From NCBI GenBank assembly GCA_963766735.1, contig CAVYBU010000006.1:128001-192000 (forward strand): a DNA stretch of 64,000 bases, written 5' to 3'. The stretch comes from an uncultured Chloroflexia bacterium (lineage in GTDB: Bacteria; Chloroflexota; Limnocylindria; Limnocylindrales; CSP1-4). The translations under genes were made by a program, and so were the position numbers. The notes under the pieces are model-generated. The model saw nothing but the letters and a program-made list of their open reading frames with translations, made no database searches and had not been told where the DNA came from. This document shows, piece after piece, positions 61,796 through 64,000 of the stretch. Numbering within the stretch: position 1 is the first letter of the stretch; each line of letters begins with the position of its first letter.

Positions 61796-61828
61796 GTGGC
61801 ACCGAGCAAGGGCCTCAAGGGCTGGTAG
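61796..61828 (+). CDS. Putative 10-aa micropeptide MAPSKGLKGW
   Basis: Strong SD AAGGAGGT 6 nt before GTG; TAG stop; C-terminus resembles the tail of the next peptide. Confidence 0.5.
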   Translation: MAPSKGLKGW

Positions 61829-61854
61829 GACCAGGATCGCGGGAGGATCGACCG

Positions 61855-61944
61855 ATGAAGGATCGCCTCATGCGACTCCTGGCCACTCTCGGCGCAGTCG
61901 CCGCATTGGCGCTCGCCGGAGGCGCGTCGCTAAAGGGCTTCTAG
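61855..61944 (+). CDS. 29-aa signal-peptide-like precursor MKDRLMRLLATLGAVAALALAGGASLKGF
   Basis: GGGAGGA SD; basic n-region, hydrophobic h-region, LAG-G, short tail. Confidence 0.75.
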   Translation: MKDRLMRLLATLGAVAALALAGGASLKGF

Positions 61945-62029
61945 AAGCAGGCAAGGGCCTCAGTACACAAGTCCTCTTCACTTGTGGGTCGAAGGGGCTA
62001 GAGTCCCACCGTTCGGGAACTGAGGACGA

Positions 62030-63394
62030 ATGCCGACAAAGCTGAAGCTCTACATTATTGGAGTCGTAGCGACGAGCGCTATCGCGCTCGCTGCTACGAC
62101 TCGTTTGATTCCAGTCGAGGACGGGGTTGCCCTGACTGTGGGGCCGTTCGGATCTCTCTCGACTCAGGCAGGCCTCGCATTCTGGTGTGCGGTGACCCTG
62201 ATCGCGTCCGCGCTTCCCGTCCGAATGCCTCGCGGAACCATGGTGGGCGTTTCGATCGCGCCGCTGATTGCGGCCACGGTCCTGGGCGGTCCGACTGCCG
62301 GAGCCTGGGTCGCGCTCATCGGGACGACGGAGGTGCGTGAGCTGCGCGGCCGTGTTCCGTGGTACGGCTCGCTGGCCAACCACGCCGGGCTGATGATCCC
62401 CGCGATGGTGGCCGGCATGGTCATGCGAGTACTCGGCGTCCCGGGGAGCGAGGAGTACGCGATCACCTTCATCGCGGCTCTGATCGGTGCGGCCGCCTTC
62501 TTCCTGGTCAACGCGACGCTCACCGCTGCCGCGGTGGCCCTCCAAACTGAGCAGCCATTTCGCAGCGTGTTGCTGGGCGACGCCAAGGTCTTCGCCACGA
62601 ACCTAATTGGGCTTGCCCCGCTCGCTTGGCTCATGGCCCAGATGTACGAGGTAGCTTGGTGGGCGAGCTTGCTGTTCGCCGTTCCGCTCTACACGACGCG
62701 GCTCGCGTACCACAACATCATCGAGATGCGCGAGATGTTCACTCAGACCATCACCGCGCTGGCTGGGGCCGTGGACAAGCGCGATCCGTACACCAGCAAG
62801 CACTCGTGGCGGGTCAAGGAGATCGCAGGCGATATCGGACGGGTCATGCGCCTGGGCGAGAGTGACCTCGAGGCCCTCGAATGGGGCGGCCTGCTGCACG
62901 ACGTGGGCAAGATCGGCGTGCGGGACGCGGTGCTGCTCAAGCAGGAGAAGCTCAACAAGGAGGAACGGGCGCAGATGAACGCGCACCCGGTCCTCGGTGC
63001 GGAGATCATCGCGCCGGTGACGCGGCTGTCCCGGGAGCTGCCGATCATCCGCCACCACCACGAGTGGTACAACGGCTCGGGGTACCCGGACCGGCTGATC
63101 GGGGACGAGATCCCGCTGCTGGCACGCATCCTTCACGTCGCGGACGCCTTCGAGGCGATGACCGCCGCCCGGCCATACCGGATGACGCCGCTGACCTCGG
63201 AGCAGGCACTGGGCGAGCTGCGCAAGTTCGCCGGCGTCCAGTTCGATCCCAAGGTGGTGGACGCCTTCGTGAAGACAGACTGGGCCCAGGATGTGGCCGA
63301 CCCGGGCCGGACGGCGCAGGCGCGACCGATCCCGCTGATCTCGCAGCACGCGAACCGGACGGCCAACGCCGTTGCCACTCCCGACGCAACCTGA
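62030..63394 (+). CDS. Membrane-sensor (MASE-like, about 7-8 TM) HD-GYP c-di-GMP phosphodiesterase
   Basis: N-terminal TMs; DKRDPYTSKHS, LHDVGKIG, HHHEWYNGSGYP, ADAFEAMT..RPYR, QFDP. Confidence 0.92.
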   Translation: MPTKLKLYIIGVVATSAIALAATTRLIPVEDGVALTVGPFGSLSTQAGLAFWCAVTLIASALPVRMPRGTMVGVSIAPLIAATVLGGPTAGAWVALIGTTEVRELRGRVPWYGSLANHAGLMIPAMVAGMVMRVLGVPGSEEYAITFIAALIGAAAFFLVNATLTAAAVALQTEQPFRSVLLGDAKVFATNLIGLAPLAWLMAQMYEVAWWASLLFAVPLYTTRLAYHNIIEMREMFTQTITALAGAVDKRDPYTSKHSWRVKEIAGDIGRVMRLGESDLEALEWGGLLHDVGKIGVRDAVLLKQEKLNKEERAQMNAHPVLGAEIIAPVTRLSRELPIIRHHHEWYNGSGYPDRLIGDEIPLLARILHVADAFEAMTAARPYRMTPLTSEQALGELRKFAGVQFDPKVVDAFVKTDWAQDVADPGRTAQARPIPLISQHANRTANAVATPDAT

Positions 63395-63503
63395 GCACTT
63401 CCGCCTCGCCGGACAGCCTCGGCGGAGGTCGCACGGGTCGTAGCGGCAAACCGCTGCGGCACTGGCCGCACATGGATCGGGTGCCCGGCCCCACAATCTC
63501 GGG

Positions 63504-64000
63504 ATGCTGATCGGCGGTATCGCGCTCGGGCTGGTGCTCGGTCTGCTCCTGGGCGGGCGCCTGGAGAACCTGGCCGGCATCCGGCTGCGCTTCCTGCCGC
63601 TGCTGTTCGCGGCGGTGATCCTGCGGTTTGCGACGGAGGCGCTGCTCGGGATGGGCGTCGAGGTCGTGGACCTGCTGCGCGTGCCGCTGCTCGGAGGCGC
63701 GTACGGGCTCCTGCTCTTCACCCTCTGGCACAACCGCTCGTACCCGGGCCTGGCGCTGGCCTTCATCGGGATCGCGTCCAACACCCTGGTGATCGTGTGG
63801 AACGGGGGCTGGATGCCGGTGTGGCAGCCCGCCTACGACGCGTCCGGGCTGGCGGGACCGCTCTACTCGCAGCTCCACTTCCCGATCAGTGGCACCGGCG
63901 CCGAGTTCCTGGTCCACCTGGGCCCGCTGGCGGACGTCGTCCCGTTCCCCATCCCACCGCTGCAGAACGTCGCCTCGGTCGGTGACCTGTTCCTGACGGC
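63504..64000 (+). CDS. DUF5317-family membrane protein, 3'-partial
   Basis: Translated by hand: MLIGGIALGLVLGLLLGGRL.NL..IRLR...N..VI..NGGWMPV...LADVVP...SVGD; runs off the window. Confidence 0.85.
   Translation, partial: MLIGGIALGLVLGLLLGGRLENLAGIRLRFLPLLFAAVILRFATEALLGMGVEVVDLLRVPLLGGAYGLLLFTLWHNRSYPGLALAFIGIASNTLVIVWNGGWMPVWQPAYDASGLAGPLYSQLHFPISGTGAEFLVHLGPLADVVPFPIPPLQNVASVGDLFLT

Noticed and set aside
61702-61854. N-terminal extension making the peptide an 80-aa protein
   Set aside because: A strong SD sits directly before ATG 61855, the extension is non-coding-like, and it overlaps a separate SD-led micro-ORF
61855-61944. RiPP/bacteriocin precursor
   Set aside because: No modifying enzymes or C39 peptidase transporter in the window; the core is only 6-7 aa and has no Cys

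Overview
High-GC chromosomal window from what looks like a monoderm bacterium. The GAAC-N4-GTTC LexA boxes, PASTA kinase and gene content suggest Chloroflexota, possibly Limnocylindria-like; this is an inference. Most of the window is housekeeping: HK-htrA, folC-folP-folB, pknB, galU, tRNA-Glu, a GH13 glycosidase, tdh-kbl, an ECF sigma/anti-sigma pair, argS, hutH/U/I with ftcD, fchA-folD-fhs, dinB, rplI, lexA, dnaB and a dodecin. There are also two surface-protein genes that share an unusual C-terminal LPPT(D/S)T anchor. The most interesting region is 58.2-64 kb. A MalT-like ATPase-TPR-BTAD regulator is followed by two peptide genes not called separately in the ORF track: MAPSKGLKGW (10 aa) and MKDRLMRLLATLGAVAALALAGGASLKGF (29 aa), both ending LKG-aromatic. 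Next come a membrane-sensor HD-GYP phosphodiesterase and a DUF5317 protein with LspA-like motifs. The putative specificity-determining parts lie in a lower-GC, atypical-codon cassette. This is a candidate peptide quorum-sensing system linked to c-di-GMP. Many genes appear leaderless (TANNNT 6-8 nt before the start codon). Single-base frameshifts, including one in argS, suggest indel errors in the assembly. No CRISPR array, transposase or integrase was seen.
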